From the NCBI GenBank assembly GCA_964556085.1, contig CAZKVF010000035.1, positions 1 through 42,841 of the forward strand: a stretch of 42,841 bases of DNA. The letters run 5' to 3'. Within the stretch, counting starts at the first letter, position 1; each line of letters begins with the position of its first letter. Below are positions 42,823 through 42,841 of the stretch, piece by piece. The notes under the pieces were generated by a model. The model searched no databases, was not told the origin of the DNA, and worked only from the letters and a program-made list of their open reading frames with translations. Origin of the DNA: an uncultured Solibacteraceae bacterium (GTDB lineage: Bacteria; Acidobacteriota; Terriglobia; Bryobacterales; Bryobacteraceae). A program made the translations under genes and the position numbers.

Positions 42823-42841
42823 CCGGCGACAAGATCGCCGG
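42823..42841. repeat. Copy of palindromic repeat family (ccggcga-caaga-tcgccgg), cut by the window end
   Basis: Perfect 7-bp stem, 25 nt after the TAG at 42796-42798. Confidence 0.75.

Overview
GC-rich bacterial chromosomal segment. The gene families (Tat-signal sugar-isomerase-like proteins, DUF1111, Bat-like vWA membrane protein) and the extragenic palindromes suggest a soil Acidobacteriota-type genome; this is inference, since no search was run. I support about 40 protein-coding genes. I found no rRNA, tRNA, CRISPR array, transposase, integrase or phage gene. Layout: (i) 1-3479 (-), a Bat-like envelope operon: vWA membrane protein, legumain/caspase-fold protein, start of a secreted TPR-like protein. 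(ii) 3636-5606: adenosine-specific-kinase family, DUF4097 and DUF507 genes. (iii) 5694-14235, twelve co-directional (-) genes: HxlR, VapBC, a tightly overlapping NodB-like deacetylase/ACP/ketosynthase/ketoreductase operon, two exported proteins, an acyl-CoA dehydrogenase and an SDR. (iv) 14416-17557 (+): SnoaL-like, NmrA-like, dienelactone hydrolase, esterase. (v) 17788-18585: an unusual secreted low-complexity protein (G/R/F block, Trp-Gly block, Tyr/Ser/Pro block), followed by a 487-nt ORF-poor structured gap and a CapA-family gene. (vi) 20411-23349 (-): an ATP-grasp-like ligase and an argininosuccinate-lyase-family gene that lacks a canonical start codon. (vii) 23447-27048 (+): ICL/PEP-mutase-family, CoA-transferase, crotonase and PPOX-type flavoprotein genes. 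(viii) 27237-35318: di-haem DUF1111, HDOD, then a cluster of exported hydrolases including a subclass B3 metallo-beta-lactamase. (ix) 35391-39579 (-): an EmrAB/TolC-type efflux operon. (x) a Tat-signal MmgE/PrpD protein and an M28 peptidase. No canonical defence or mobile system is visible apart from VapBC. The best candidates for something undescribed are the secreted tripartite low-complexity protein with its SD-sequestering leader, the deacetylase-ACP-KS-KR operon, the ligase/lyase pair, and a conserved stop-codon-proximal palindromic repeat family with four copies. All family calls come from motif reading by eye, and start codons are the least certain coordinates.
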